DNA of 64,000 nucleotides from Waterburya sp. (GCA_965217895.1 CBDCJV010000002.1:1696001-1760000), one strand, 5' to 3'. Counted from the stretch's first letter, positions 10,747 to 20,307 are shown. The notes: generated from the letters alone by a model not told the origin. A program made the numbers and translations.

Positions 10747-10818
10747 AACGTCAGTTCGGGTTACGAACATGAAATAATAGCTCTACTCTTCCACGCGAAT
10801 CTTATCCCAAACTCACGT
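10747..10818. repeat. Short MITE-like inverted-repeat element
   Basis: Imperfect terminal IR AACGTCAGTTCGGGTTA ... TTATCCCAAACTCACGTC directly after the mlaE stop. Confidence 0.5.
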
Positions 10819-10873
10819 CAGCTAAAATTTGGGTCGTTGTAAAATAGAAACTATTAATCAGTAACTAATTTAA

Positions 10874-11278
10874 ATGACTGCTAATATCAAAACTAACAAT
10901 CCTAACGAAGTCGTCGAACTTTCACCAAGCTATAGAATACCTCTATTTTTAATGGTGGGAGCTTGTGCTTTAGCTTTAGTTTCCCTTTGGTTGGCTGGAG
11001 TTTGCGCTTTACTTGGTCTATTTTTAACAATACAAACAATTTTAATTAGACTGCAATTTACGGATGAAGCTCTAAACGTCCTGCGCTCGGACAAGGTTAT
11101 TTTAAGATTTCCCTATAGTGAATGGTTGAATTGGGAAATCTTTTGGTCGCCTATTCCTATCCTGTTTTACTTTCGAGAAGTTAACAGCATTCATTTCTTG
11201 CCAGTTATTTTTGATTCTAAAACTTTATTAGATTGCTTAAATAAATACTATCCTCGTGAAAGACAATTATATTCATAG
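10874..11278 (+). CDS. DUF3119-family membrane protein
   Basis: FPYSEWLNWEIFW..PILFYFREVNSIHFLP motif; usual position after mlaE in cyanobacteria. Confidence 0.85.
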   Translation: MTANIKTNNPNEVVELSPSYRIPLFLMVGACALALVSLWLAGVCALLGLFLTIQTILIRLQFTDEALNVLRSDKVILRFPYSEWLNWEIFWSPIPILFYFREVNSIHFLPVIFDSKTLLDCLNKYYPRERQLYS

Positions 11279-11318
11279 TCTTTAACTGTAAACTGTAATA
11301 CTTACTCTTAGCGTTCTC

Positions 11319-12890
11319 ATGAATTCTGAAAACCCTTATATTCCCGAATCAGACAATACCAATTCTAAATCTATCGAGCTAGACACTGAACTACAACCAG
11401 ACCAAAAAGAATCAATTTCCCAAAGCTATACTGATGCTTGGTCTGAACAAGACGATGTGATTGATGTGACTATAGATTCAGAACTTTCAGCCGATGATTC
11501 TCTCCCAGTGGATAATTCTCAGGGTAAAGTTGAACCTTTGGATGTTTTAGAGCAGTCAGAATTAAATCAGGACGAAATATCAACTAAACCCAGCAGTGTC
11601 AATAGTGAACAGTCAACTACTAGCTTAGAATTAGCCGAGTCAGAGATTAGTTTGCCGTACAATGACGAAGTAATCTCCGAGCGGTGGTCAAGTAATGCTG
11701 ATAGTGAGCCAGAATCTACTGCTGCAAAAAGCTCTAAAGCTGAACCAGAATTATTTGTAGATAGCTGGTTAGATGAACCTGAGTCAAACATATCAGCCAA
11801 CGGCAATCCCGTTAAAGAAAATCAGACTTCAGATGATCGAGAGATAATCAGCTTAAAAGAGCAAAAAGCTAATCTGCAAAGTGAAATCAAAGCATTACAG
11901 CAACAAAAAGAAAAATTACTGTTACAGCAGGTAAAAGATATCCAACAAAGCATCGGACAGATGATTGAAGAGGGAACAAAAGAACTACATGAGCGCAAAA
12001 CGACTCTGCAAATTGAAATTGAAAAACTAGAACGGCGTAAAGAAAGAATCAATCAGGAGATGAGACGTAATTTTGCAGGTTCATCCCAAGAGTTAGCCCT
12101 TAGAGTTCAAGGGTTTAAAAACTATTTGGTCGGTAGTCTGCAAGATTTAGCCACAGCAGCAGAAAAACTAGAGTTAGAACCCAAAGAGGTTTCTTCCTCT
12201 AGAAGCCGTGGAAGAATTAGCGACAGAGAAAGAGATAATGCTCGCAGAGATGAGCCACAAAGAGATAGAGGTAGGCGAGGCGAGAGGGAACTTCGCCGAA
12301 CCAGAAACACCTCAGACCAAGCAGCCTCTGCACAAGCTCAGTTTTCTGAACCCACTTTTAGCGATCAAAGTAGGCGCATTCGTCAACTATTGGATAAATA
12401 TCGTAACAGTCCCGATTATTATGGCTCTCCTTGGCAATTACGCCGTACATTTGAAGCCACTCACGCCAAAAGAGTCCAAGATTGGTTTTTCTCTCAAGGT
12501 GGTAGAGGTACAGTTGACAGTATGGGAAGCCGTCTGCAAAATATTCTGGTAGCCTCAGCAGTAGTTTCAGTTCTCCATAGTCTGTATGGGGATAGCTGTA
12601 GAGTTCTGGTGTTGACAGATACGCCCGAAAACTTAGGTGAATGGCGTAAAGGATTACAAGACTGTTTAGGTATTTCGCGAAGTAGCTTTGGTGCTAATCG
12701 AGGCGTAGTGTTGTTTGATTCTCCCGAAGTTTTGGTTCAAAGAGCCGAGCGTTTGATTCAAGACAAGTTATTACCGATGATTATCATTGATGAGACTGAA
12801 GAAATATTGAACTTATCTGTTCTCAAGTTCCCTCTTTGGCTAGCGTTTGCTTCTGGGGCTAAGTCAACATCTTCTAATTATTTGTATTAA
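11319..12890 (+). CDS. DUF3086-domain protein (acidic N-terminus, coiled coil)
   Basis: RVQGFKNYLVGSLQDLA, PDYYGSPWQLRRTFE and WRKGLQDCLGISR. Confidence 0.85.
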   Translation: MNSENPYIPESDNTNSKSIELDTELQPDQKESISQSYTDAWSEQDDVIDVTIDSELSADDSLPVDNSQGKVEPLDVLEQSELNQDEISTKPSSVNSEQSTTSLELAESEISLPYNDEVISERWSSNADSEPESTAAKSSKAEPELFVDSWLDEPESNISANGNPVKENQTSDDREIISLKEQKANLQSEIKALQQQKEKLLLQQVKDIQQSIGQMIEEGTKELHERKTTLQIEIEKLERRKERINQEMRRNFAGSSQELALRVQGFKNYLVGSLQDLATAAEKLELEPKEVSSSRSRGRISDRERDNARRDEPQRDRGRRGERELRRTRNTSDQAASAQAQFSEPTFSDQSRRIRQLLDKYRNSPDYYGSPWQLRRTFEATHAKRVQDWFFSQGGRGTVDSMGSRLQNILVASAVVSVLHSLYGDSCRVLVLTDTPENLGEWRKGLQDCLGISRSSFGANRGVVLFDSPEVLVQRAERLIQDKLLPMIIIDETEEILNLSVLKFPLWLAFASGAKSTSSNYLY

Positions 12891-12892
12891 AT

Positions 12893-13004
12893 AACTAATG
12901 TTACGCAAATCAATGAGAAATCAATAGTTTGAACAAGGTATGAAAAAAGATCCATAAACCCCTTTTCCCAATCTTAACAAATACATTAGTGCGTAACATC
13001 AGTT
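12893..13004. mobile_element. MITE, AACTGATGTTACGCA-TIR family
   Basis: Terminal IR AACTAATGTTACGCA ... TGCGTAACATCAGTT, between convergent stop codons. Confidence 0.7.
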
Positions 13005-13013
13005 AAATAAAAA

Positions 13014-14669
13014 CTAAAAACTAAAGGTAGTCCTAATTGTGCCAACAACCAAATCGTCAGAGTTAAGAATATCGGTATCGGGTTTGGTAATCCAAACTAC
13101 CCCTGGAGTAATAGCAATATTGTCATTAACCTGATATTGATAAAAAGCTTCTAGATGTAGGGAGCGTTGACTATCTTCGCCAAAACTATCCGTGTTGATG
13201 GTTGAATTGGTTACTGTCGATTCTGAACCCACTATAATTCCTGCCAAGTTACCCTCCTTGCCTAAGTCTGGTAATGCCAAGGTTGCAGCCCAGTTCCAGA
13301 TATTTTGAGTGCCACGCTCAATTTGTTGATTGAGATTGCTAAGATTATTAACCTTACTAAATCCTCCCCAGCCACCAAAGACTAGGCGATCGCTAATTGA
13401 CCAAGATAGCTCTAGCCCATAGGAATTGCTGACCGTTTGTGCTTCCTCGCCCAGTAATTTTGCAGTTTGAGATTGCAAATTAGCTCGATTGGTTCCTGTT
13501 TCGGTGTCGCTTTGATCGTAACTATGAATATAGGTGGCAGCCAATTTTAGACTGTTTATTGGGGCGATCGCAATTTGTCCCAGCGCGCTATATGAACCGT
13601 TAAACAAGCCACTGCCTGGATTTGAGTCATCAGTGTTAGAAGCCAAATAACCCGCACTAATTTCAATTTGCTCAATCGGACGACCCACAATCCCTAACCC
13701 CGCATTTTTAGATCGATTGTAAATAGGATTGCGAGTACCGAATCTGGAAATTGCACCCGAACCTCCATCTCCATCTAAGACGTTTATTGTATTGGCAATA
13801 TCCTTTGCCTCTATTCCTGTTGCTCCTAAAATAAAGTCAACTTTATCACCTATGCCAAAAGTATATTGCAAGACTTCCAATTGAAAATCATCTTGTTCTG
13901 GCTCGGTAAAAGCCAATTCACCCTGAAAAGTGCCAATTTCCTCGGAAAAGCCAGGAAATTGCGCACTAGACAATCTAGTTAATAGTAGATCGTCTCCCCC
14001 AAAGCTAGTTTCTATATTTAATCGTAATCTACTACCTAAAATCGTACTGTTCTCGCGATCGCCAGATAAAAGGCTACCTAGCCCAAAAATCGCCTCTCCC
14101 TGAAGTTTACTGGTAGTAGAAAATTGCGTAGCTTCTAAATCTTGCAATCTTGCCTGAGAGCCGTCTGTTTTCCCTTTAAGAATGGCTAAATCTGACTGAA
14201 ACTCCTGCATTAACTGTAAAACAGTATCTACATCTGTTTGAGGAATGCTGTCAGAATTGCTAATTAAACTTTCGATTTTATTTAAACAACTATTTAATCC
14301 TGCTGCAAACTCAGAACGAGAAATAGGTTGTTCGCCTCGAAAAGTGCGATCGCTATATCCGCTAATGCAACCGTAACGTTCGGTCAAGTTTTTTAATGCT
14401 GCGTAAGCCCAATCTGTAGGCTTGATATCTCGTAATCGATCGACACTATTAATTTGAGTCAACAACAATGTCCTAGTGTTTTTTTCTGAGTAAAAATTGC
14501 TAAAATTTTCTGCTTGACGGTGCAAAATTTGTGGAATAGATTGTTTTTGCTGACTTAAATTAACGTCGAGCAACTCTGGTAATTCAGCAGCTTCAACACT
14601 CGAAGATAACGATAGATAAGTAGCACAAATAGGCACTATTAGCCTAGTTTTTAACCAAAATCTAGACAT
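13014..14669 (-). CDS. Cyanobacterial SLH-domain outer-membrane porin (OprB / iron-uptake porin family)
   Basis: SLH motif DIKPTDWAYAALKNLTERYGCI, TQFSTTSKLQGEAIF, and C-terminal GTIRTTFSF. Confidence 0.93.
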   Translation of the reverse strand: MSRFWLKTRLIVPICATYLSLSSSVEAAELPELLDVNLSQQKQSIPQILHRQAENFSNFYSEKNTRTLLLTQINSVDRLRDIKPTDWAYAALKNLTERYGCISGYSDRTFRGEQPISRSEFAAGLNSCLNKIESLISNSDSIPQTDVDTVLQLMQEFQSDLAILKGKTDGSQARLQDLEATQFSTTSKLQGEAIFGLGSLLSGDRENSTILGSRLRLNIETSFGGDDLLLTRLSSAQFPGFSEEIGTFQGELAFTEPEQDDFQLEVLQYTFGIGDKVDFILGATGIEAKDIANTINVLDGDGGSGAISRFGTRNPIYNRSKNAGLGIVGRPIEQIEISAGYLASNTDDSNPGSGLFNGSYSALGQIAIAPINSLKLAATYIHSYDQSDTETGTNRANLQSQTAKLLGEEAQTVSNSYGLELSWSISDRLVFGGWGGFSKVNNLSNLNQQIERGTQNIWNWAATLALPDLGKEGNLAGIIVGSESTVTNSTINTDSFGEDSQRSLHLEAFYQYQVNDNIAITPGVVWITKPDTDILNSDDLVVGTIRTTFSF

Positions 14670-14885
14670 TGCAAACGATCCTCACTTACACCAACATAAA
14701 TCAGAATTCTTTAGCTATTAATAATCAGCAACTACTAAAGAATTTTGATGATTATTTCATCTCAAACCATTTTGGCATTGCTATAAACTAATTGGGAGAA
14801 AAAAGTAGAATTATACATTTATTTTTGTGGACAAACATAGATTCTGCGATCGCAAATCTAAAAATATGCAGCTAATTGTTAATCT

Positions 14886-15617
14886 CTATTCTGTTTGCGG
14901 ATAACGTTGCCATAAATCTGTTTTTTGCCTGAGACTTTGATGATCGCCATTACCTAAGATTAAATGATCCAATAGCGGAATATCCAAACATTGCGAACCC
15001 TGGAGTAATTGTTCAGTCAAATAAATATCTTCACTCGAAGGCTCTAAGTTCCCAGATGGATGATTATGAGCAATAATCAGCTTAGTTGCACCTTGTCGTA
15101 TAGTCTCTCGAAAAACTTCACGAGGATGAATCAATGTCTCTGTAGCTGTGCCAATAGTTAAGATTTTCGTCGCCAGCAAACGATTTTTTACGTCCAGCAT
15201 CACTATGGCAAATCGTTCTTGATCTTGCCACATTAAGTCATTACTTAAAACCGCAGCAGCCGAAGCGGGACTATCGACGGCGACTCTTTCATTGGGTCGA
15301 AATTTAAAGGTGCGTTTGCCTAACTCCACAGCAGCAACAATAGTCGCAGCTTTAGCAGGGCCAATGCCAGGAATACGCATCAACTCGCGAGGATTCACGT
15401 CTCGCAACATATCCAAAGGCGATCGCTGGTATTTACCTAATTCTTGTAATATGTGTTGCCCTAAGCCAATTGCTGATAAATTACCTTTTGTTTGTCCAGT
15501 ACTAATCAAAATAGCCAAAAGTTCTGCTTCAGTTAGATTTTTCGCGCCTACAGCCATTAACCTTTCACGGGGACGCTCACTGATAGGCAAGTCAGCAATT
15601 CTGAGGCTATAGGTCAT
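14886..15617 (-). CDS. radC: RadC-family JAB-domain protein
   Basis: ERPRERL, GIGPAKA, HPREVF, AHNHPSG and LLDHLILG. Confidence 0.95.
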   Translation of the reverse strand: MTYSLRIADLPISERPRERLMAVGAKNLTEAELLAILISTGQTKGNLSAIGLGQHILQELGKYQRSPLDMLRDVNPRELMRIPGIGPAKAATIVAAVELGKRTFKFRPNERVAVDSPASAAAVLSNDLMWQDQERFAIVMLDVKNRLLATKILTIGTATETLIHPREVFRETIRQGATKLIIAHNHPSGNLEPSSEDIYLTEQLLQGSQCLDIPLLDHLILGNGDHQSLRQKTDLWQRYPQTE

Positions 15618-15693
15618 GACAAATTTTTAAATCAGATAATATTTTTGTAACATAAATATAGCTTACAAAATACTAGCCTTCAATTTTCCTCAT

Positions 15694-16230
15694 CTAATCT
15701 TTAATTAATTCCACCGCATCCCTGCCATCAATTTCATTGACATAAACCTTGACTTTTTCTTCTGAGGCGGTAGGCAGCATTTTGCCAACAAAGTCTGGAT
15801 GGATGGGTAATTCGCGATGTCCCCTGTCTACAAGTACCGCTAATCTAATTACTTGAGGTCTACCATATTCAGTGACGGCATTTAGCGCAGCACGAATAGT
15901 ACGACCTTTATAGATTACATCATCGATTAGCACCACAGTTTTACCCGTTAAGTCAAGAGGAATTTTGGTTTGGGCGGGAATACGAGTCCGAATCTTATCT
16001 AGATCATCACGATAGAAGGTAACATCGATCGCACCAACGGCAACGGAAGTGTTTTCTAAAATCTCAATCTGATTGGCTAACAAGTGAGCTAAAGGAACAC
16101 CTTTGGTATGAATACCCAACAAAACTACGTTAGATAAATCCCCTGATTCTTCAATAATTTGCGAAGCCAAACGATTTAAGGTACGGCGAATTTCTTCAGC
16201 AGATAAAATTGTAACGACTTTGGCTGACAT
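15694..16230 (-). CDS. pyrR: Bifunctional pyrimidine regulator / uracil phosphoribosyltransferase
   Basis: [25 protein letters not shown] and [16 protein letters not shown]. Confidence 0.96.
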   Translation of the reverse strand: MSAKVVTILSAEEIRRTLNRLASQIIEESGDLSNVVLLGIHTKGVPLAHLLANQIEILENTSVAVGAIDVTFYRDDLDKIRTRIPAQTKIPLDLTGKTVVLIDDVIYKGRTIRAALNAVTEYGRPQVIRLAVLVDRGHRELPIHPDFVGKMLPTASEEKVKVYVNEIDGRDAVELIKD

Positions 16231-16315
16231 TTATTAAGAGTGAACAGCGAACACTTGCTATGGTATTTATGGATTTATTATATAGCTCACCTGTTGGCTA
16301 ATTGTAGAACTCCCA

Positions 16316-17329
16316 ATGAATCAAACAAAACAAGTAGTCCTTAATTCGCCCTTAGATATGCACCTTCATTTTCGCGAGGGAGTAATGGCGCAAACAGTCA
16401 TTCCCCTTAGTTCATACTCGTTTGCAGGTGGGGTAGTAATGCCCAACCTTGTTCCTGCGGTGAATAATTTAGAGCGGTTGCAGGGATATATAAAGGAAAT
16501 TAAATCAATTATTGGCAAAGATGTATTTGAACCCTACATGACGCTGTTCTTTCAGGAATATAGCTATCAAGAGCTTGAGCAACTTAAGCCGTATATTCTT
16601 GGAGTCAAGCTTTATCCTGCGGGAGTTACCACCAATAGCGAAGATGGAGTATCTACCTTGAGTCAGGCAGAAACTACAATTAAGCATTTAGAAGAGTTGG
16701 AAATCCCGCTAATGGTACACGGGGAAACTCATGGCTTTGTGATGGACAGAGAAAAACTGTTTCTGCCTATCTTTGAACATCTGGCACAGAAATTTCCTAA
16801 GCTAAAAATTATCATGGAGCATATTACCACTGCCGATGCAGTTTTATTGCTAGATAATTATGAGCATCTTTATGCCACCGTAACCCTTCATCACTTGATC
16901 ATTACCTTAGATGACTTAGCAGGGGGATTACTTAGACCTCATTTATTCTGTAAACCCATCGCCAAACGTCCTGAAGACAGAGAAGCTTTAGTCAATGCAG
17001 CCATCAATGCCCATCCTAAACTAATGTTTGGTAGCGACTCCGCACCTCACCCGATTGATAAAAAAGAAGCTTGTGGCTGTGCTGCGGGGATTTTTACTGC
17101 GCCGATCGCACTACAGGCTTTGGTAGAATTATTTGAACAGCATAATGCGATCGCGAACTTACAAGCTTTTGTTTCTGATAATGCTCAACGTATCTATAAT
17201 ATTACGCCACCACAAAAATCTGTCACCTTAGAGCCTTTAGCCTATAAAGTTCCTAACCAGTATGGCAAGGTTGTACCCATGTTTGCTAATCAAGAGCTTC
17301 CTTGGTCTATTACCAAGGTGTCAATTTAA
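16316..17329 (+). CDS. pyrC: Dihydroorotase (type II)
   Basis: [29 protein letters not shown] and GSDSAPH. Confidence 0.96.
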   Translation: MNQTKQVVLNSPLDMHLHFREGVMAQTVIPLSSYSFAGGVVMPNLVPAVNNLERLQGYIKEIKSIIGKDVFEPYMTLFFQEYSYQELEQLKPYILGVKLYPAGVTTNSEDGVSTLSQAETTIKHLEELEIPLMVHGETHGFVMDREKLFLPIFEHLAQKFPKLKIIMEHITTADAVLLLDNYEHLYATVTLHHLIITLDDLAGGLLRPHLFCKPIAKRPEDREALVNAAINAHPKLMFGSDSAPHPIDKKEACGCAAGIFTAPIALQALVELFEQHNAIANLQAFVSDNAQRIYNITPPQKSVTLEPLAYKVPNQYGKVVPMFANQELPWSITKVSI

Positions 17330-17633
17330 GAGACTACGCTGTTTATCAACTAGTACTAAGCTTTTAGCCTTTAGCTATTAGCTCTTAGCTTTTTAATCGG
17401 TATGAACTGTAATTTCCCATTTTCTTAGGTTGGGGATAAAAGTAAAAGACGTATACTAAATTGAATTTCTAAAACTTTTTACATCTATTCAGCCTAAATT
17501 TGCAATATTTAAATGGGGCTAATGTATAAAAAGCATATCTGATTAATTATTATTGAGCTTTAGTAAGTTTTGCTACAAAATTTAGCCTAAACCAATGTCA
17601 TTCTGGGATAAAACAAGTTAAAGAAACCCAGAA

Positions 17634-17783
17634 ATGAGAAATTTAGCACCATATTTACTTCCCTCAATTTTAGGACTAGTCGCAGGCATTGGACACGGTA
17701 TTACTTCTCACAATCAAAATCTTCCTTTTTCTTTAGCAGACCAAGTTATTGAATCAGTCTCGCCACATCAATCTTTCAATTAA
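17634..17783 (+). CDS. Small (49 aa) putative membrane protein, missing from the ORF track
   Basis: MRNLAPYLLPSILGLVAGIGHGITSHNQNLPFSLADQVIESVSPHQSFN*, with an N-terminal hydrophobic helix. Confidence 0.5.
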   Translation: MRNLAPYLLPSILGLVAGIGHGITSHNQNLPFSLADQVIESVSPHQSFN

Positions 17784-17873
17784 GTAAATTTTTGTAAAAA
17801 GTAGCGGTTGTTACAATTATTTCTGTAATAATAAAAGATACAGAAATAATTTAGAACTGTGAGGCTTCGATCA

Positions 17874-18080
17874 ATGAATGTACAGACATCCCGCGAGAAT
17901 ACATCTGTTTTAGATAGAGTAATTGGATTCTCTCTAGCAGCTTTTTCTATGTTTGTAGTAGGATACACTGCTACTCGTGCTTATTTAGATCAACCTCAGA
18001 CTCAAAATGTAGCACCTGCAAACTCTGATCTTGTGATTCCTCATCAAGCTCAACTATGGAGTGAGTTTGGAAGTAGGTAA
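17874..18080 (+). CDS. Small (68 aa) single-TM hypothetical protein
   Basis: MNVQTSRENTSVLDRVIGFSLAAFSMFVVGYTATRAYL...; GAGG upstream of the ATG. Confidence 0.6.
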   Translation: MNVQTSRENTSVLDRVIGFSLAAFSMFVVGYTATRAYLDQPQTQNVAPANSDLVIPHQAQLWSEFGSR

Positions 18081-18187
18081 TTTATCATTCTAGCTATTAA
18101 GAATACTATTAAAAGCTGAGAGCGATCGCATTTCTTCAACTGCGATCGTTTTTTAATAAGCTAAGATTTGTAATTTAGCTTAGAAAA

Positions 18188-18676
18188 ATGGGTAAAGAAA
18201 TCGAAAGAAAGCATCTAATCAAAAAAGATGAATGGCAGTCTTATAAGCAATATTCATCAGTTACAGGAACAAAATACTGTCAGGGTTACATCCCTACAGG
18301 TAACACGACGACAGTTAGACTGAGAACTATTGATAAGCAAGGCTATATAACAATCAAAGGTGAAACCACAGGCTATACTCGTTCAGAATTTGAATATCCT
18401 ATCCCGCTAAAGGATGCTGAAGAGATGCTAAGTACCTTATGTCTTAAACCCTTGATCGAAAAGATTAGGTATAAAGTCAATCAGAATAATTTAACTTGGG
18501 AAATAGATGAATTTTTAGGAGACAATGCGGGATTAATTATCGCCGAAGTAGAATTAGAAAGCGAAGACCAGCAAATAGATTTACCTCATTGGATCGATAA
18601 AGAAGTCAACGATAAAAAATATTTTAATTTCAGCTTGGCTAAATATCCCTATAGTCAATGGCAAGATAAATCATAA
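18188..18676 (+). CDS. CYTH-domain (triphosphate tunnel) protein
   Basis: EIERKHL, YCQGY, RSEFEYPIP, IEKIRY, WEIDEF and AEVEL. Confidence 0.92.
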   Translation: MGKEIERKHLIKKDEWQSYKQYSSVTGTKYCQGYIPTGNTTTVRLRTIDKQGYITIKGETTGYTRSEFEYPIPLKDAEEMLSTLCLKPLIEKIRYKVNQNNLTWEIDEFLGDNAGLIIAEVELESEDQQIDLPHWIDKEVNDKKYFNFSLAKYPYSQWQDKS

Positions 18677-18776
18677 ATAACGTTTTGTTGTTCTAAACAT
18701 CTAAAATTTTAGAAAACCCAAGCTCAATTAGGACTTACGCAGTCTAACGAGTTTCGCCCCCCCAGACCCCCTGCTG

Positions 18777-20256
18777 GGTAGGGCTGTTTCATTCTAGAGC
18801 TAAAGTGCGGTAAATTGATATAAAACCTAATTTAACCGCTCAATAACTTTAAAAAACTTTGATAAAAGCTTAATTGACTATTTGAAACAAATACCTGATG
18901 AGCGAAAAGCAGGTGAATGAATGAGCATCTCAGTATACTCACAATAGTCAAGGTCAATGGATTGCAATTGATGGCAAAAGTTTGAAAAATACTGTCAACG
19001 ACTGTTATGGACAACAGCAAAACTTCGTCATGATGGTTTCGGCTTTGACTCATGAAGGCGGGGAAATTTTAGGCATAAAAGTTAGGGAAAATAAGAAATA
19101 AAGTGAGATTGTCGCCGTGCAAGACTTATTAGAATTGCTGCATTTAAAAGGAGTGGTGTTCACGATGGATGCTCTACATTGTCAAAAAAAACAGTCTCAG
19201 CAATTATCGACAGTGGTAATAACTACCTAATTGTGGTTAAAAGAAATCAAAAAACATTACATCGGCAAATTGAGCGGAGGAAATGCGTGGGTTTCCCGCG
19301 CTTATTCCACTCCGCTGTTGAATTTCAAGCAACAAGTACAAAGGCGATTAGTTGCTTTGAGCAGATCGAGAAGACGAGAAATCGACTAACTCATCGAACT
19401 GTAGAAGTATTGGCTCCTCCATCAAACATTGATTCTCAATGAGTTGGAGTTCATAGTATCATCAAAATTTTCCGTTCGCGAACAAGAGGTAATCACGATT
19501 ACGAATCGGATTCGGCGACTTATTATATTAGTTCTTTACCCAACTCCTTCGGAGTTAAGTAGCAAGTAGCAGCCGCTCCACGCGGCTCGACTTTCCTTCG
19601 CAAAGGCGGCGAACGACCCGTTCGCGCAGATAGCAATTAAGAAAAACTCCGAAGTTGGATATGCAGCCTCTTCATTGATGAGGAAAAGGTGAAAAAATAA
19701 TTCAACTCTTGAATACATGCGGGCAAGCCCTTTGTCTGACACAGGAGCTATCGCTCCATGTCGTCGTCTTCGACGACTTTGCAAGCTTTGCTTGCTGTGG
19801 CAGAGGTTGAACTTGCAGACGCGCTTCGCGTCTGGCCGTTGCGGAGCAACGTCGGCAGCCTCCAGGCTGCGCTACTTGTTATCTGCTACTTGTGAACAGC
19901 AACTTCTTGGCTTATTCCCCAAGGTATTGGCCGACATTGGGGTATCGAGAATCGTTGGCATTGGGGAGGCACTCAATACGGCGACGCAGGTTCGCCGTAT
20001 TGAGTGCCGTTTAAGGATGTCGTAACGAAAGAAGATAACAGCCCTCAACTTCACGGCAAAGCATCCACAAACATCTCTTTGATTAAAAGTTGGGTTATTA
20101 ACCTACTGAGAGTTCATGGTTTCGATTCTATGACTGAGGCAATCAGTTATTTAAGCCATAATTTGCCATTATTACTTTCTTTGTGTCACTGATAGGTGTA
20201 GTGAATAGATTTATTCGCGATCGCATCTTCTATTTTGAGAATGAAACAGCCCTACC
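18777..20256 (+). mobile_element. ISAs1-family element, copy 1 (transposase pseudogene)
   Basis: 19-bp TIR GGTAGGGCTGTTTCATTCT / AGAATGAAACAGCCCTACC. Fragments WIAIDGKSLK, MDALHCQKK, VKRNQKTL, YYISSL, RHWGIENRWHW and KDVVTKED. Start codon mutated to ATA; internal deletion, stops and insertions. Confidence 0.9.
19541..19897. other. Structured multi-hairpin insert within the ISAs1 transposase (copy 1)
   Basis: Interrupts YYISSLP|ATSW. GC-rich chain of more than 10 short hairpins; the same insert is present in copy 2 at about 37511-37864. Confidence 0.8.
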
Positions 20257-20307
20257 AAACTTGGGGGGCTAGGGGGGCAAAACTCGTTAAACTGCGTAAG
20301 TCCTATT

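Larger units (their letters stand above)
18730..20304. mobile_element. Palindromic MITE (AGGACTTACGCA TIR) split by an ISAs1 insertion
   Basis: AGGACTTACGCAGTCTAACGAGTTTCGCCCCCC ... GGGGGGCAAAACTCGTTAAACTGCGTAAGTCCT, with 3-bp target duplication ATT at 18727-18729 and 20305-20307. Confidence 0.8.

Noticed and set aside
16231..16315. PyrR attenuator between pyrR and pyrC
   Set aside because: The genes are divergent with a short spacer, and no PyrR-binding loop or terminator is apparent.
17355..17395. Heptamer tandem repeats (TTAGCTT/TTAGCTA), also near 25080, 28120, 35705, 47190 and 56640
   Set aside because: Common cyanobacterial short tandem repeats; only notable where they host structured inserts.
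19541..19897. Group I intron or CRISPR interpretation of the insert
   Set aside because: No recognisable P7 or J8/7 core or terminal G, no regularly spaced direct repeats, and no cas genes. A covariance-model search would be needed to exclude other RNA classes.
19536..20054. ORFs of 60-113 aa overlapping the structured insert (also 37357-37882)
   Set aside because: They arise from GC-rich palindromic DNA that lacks stops, occur on both strands, and diverge wherever the cassettes differ.
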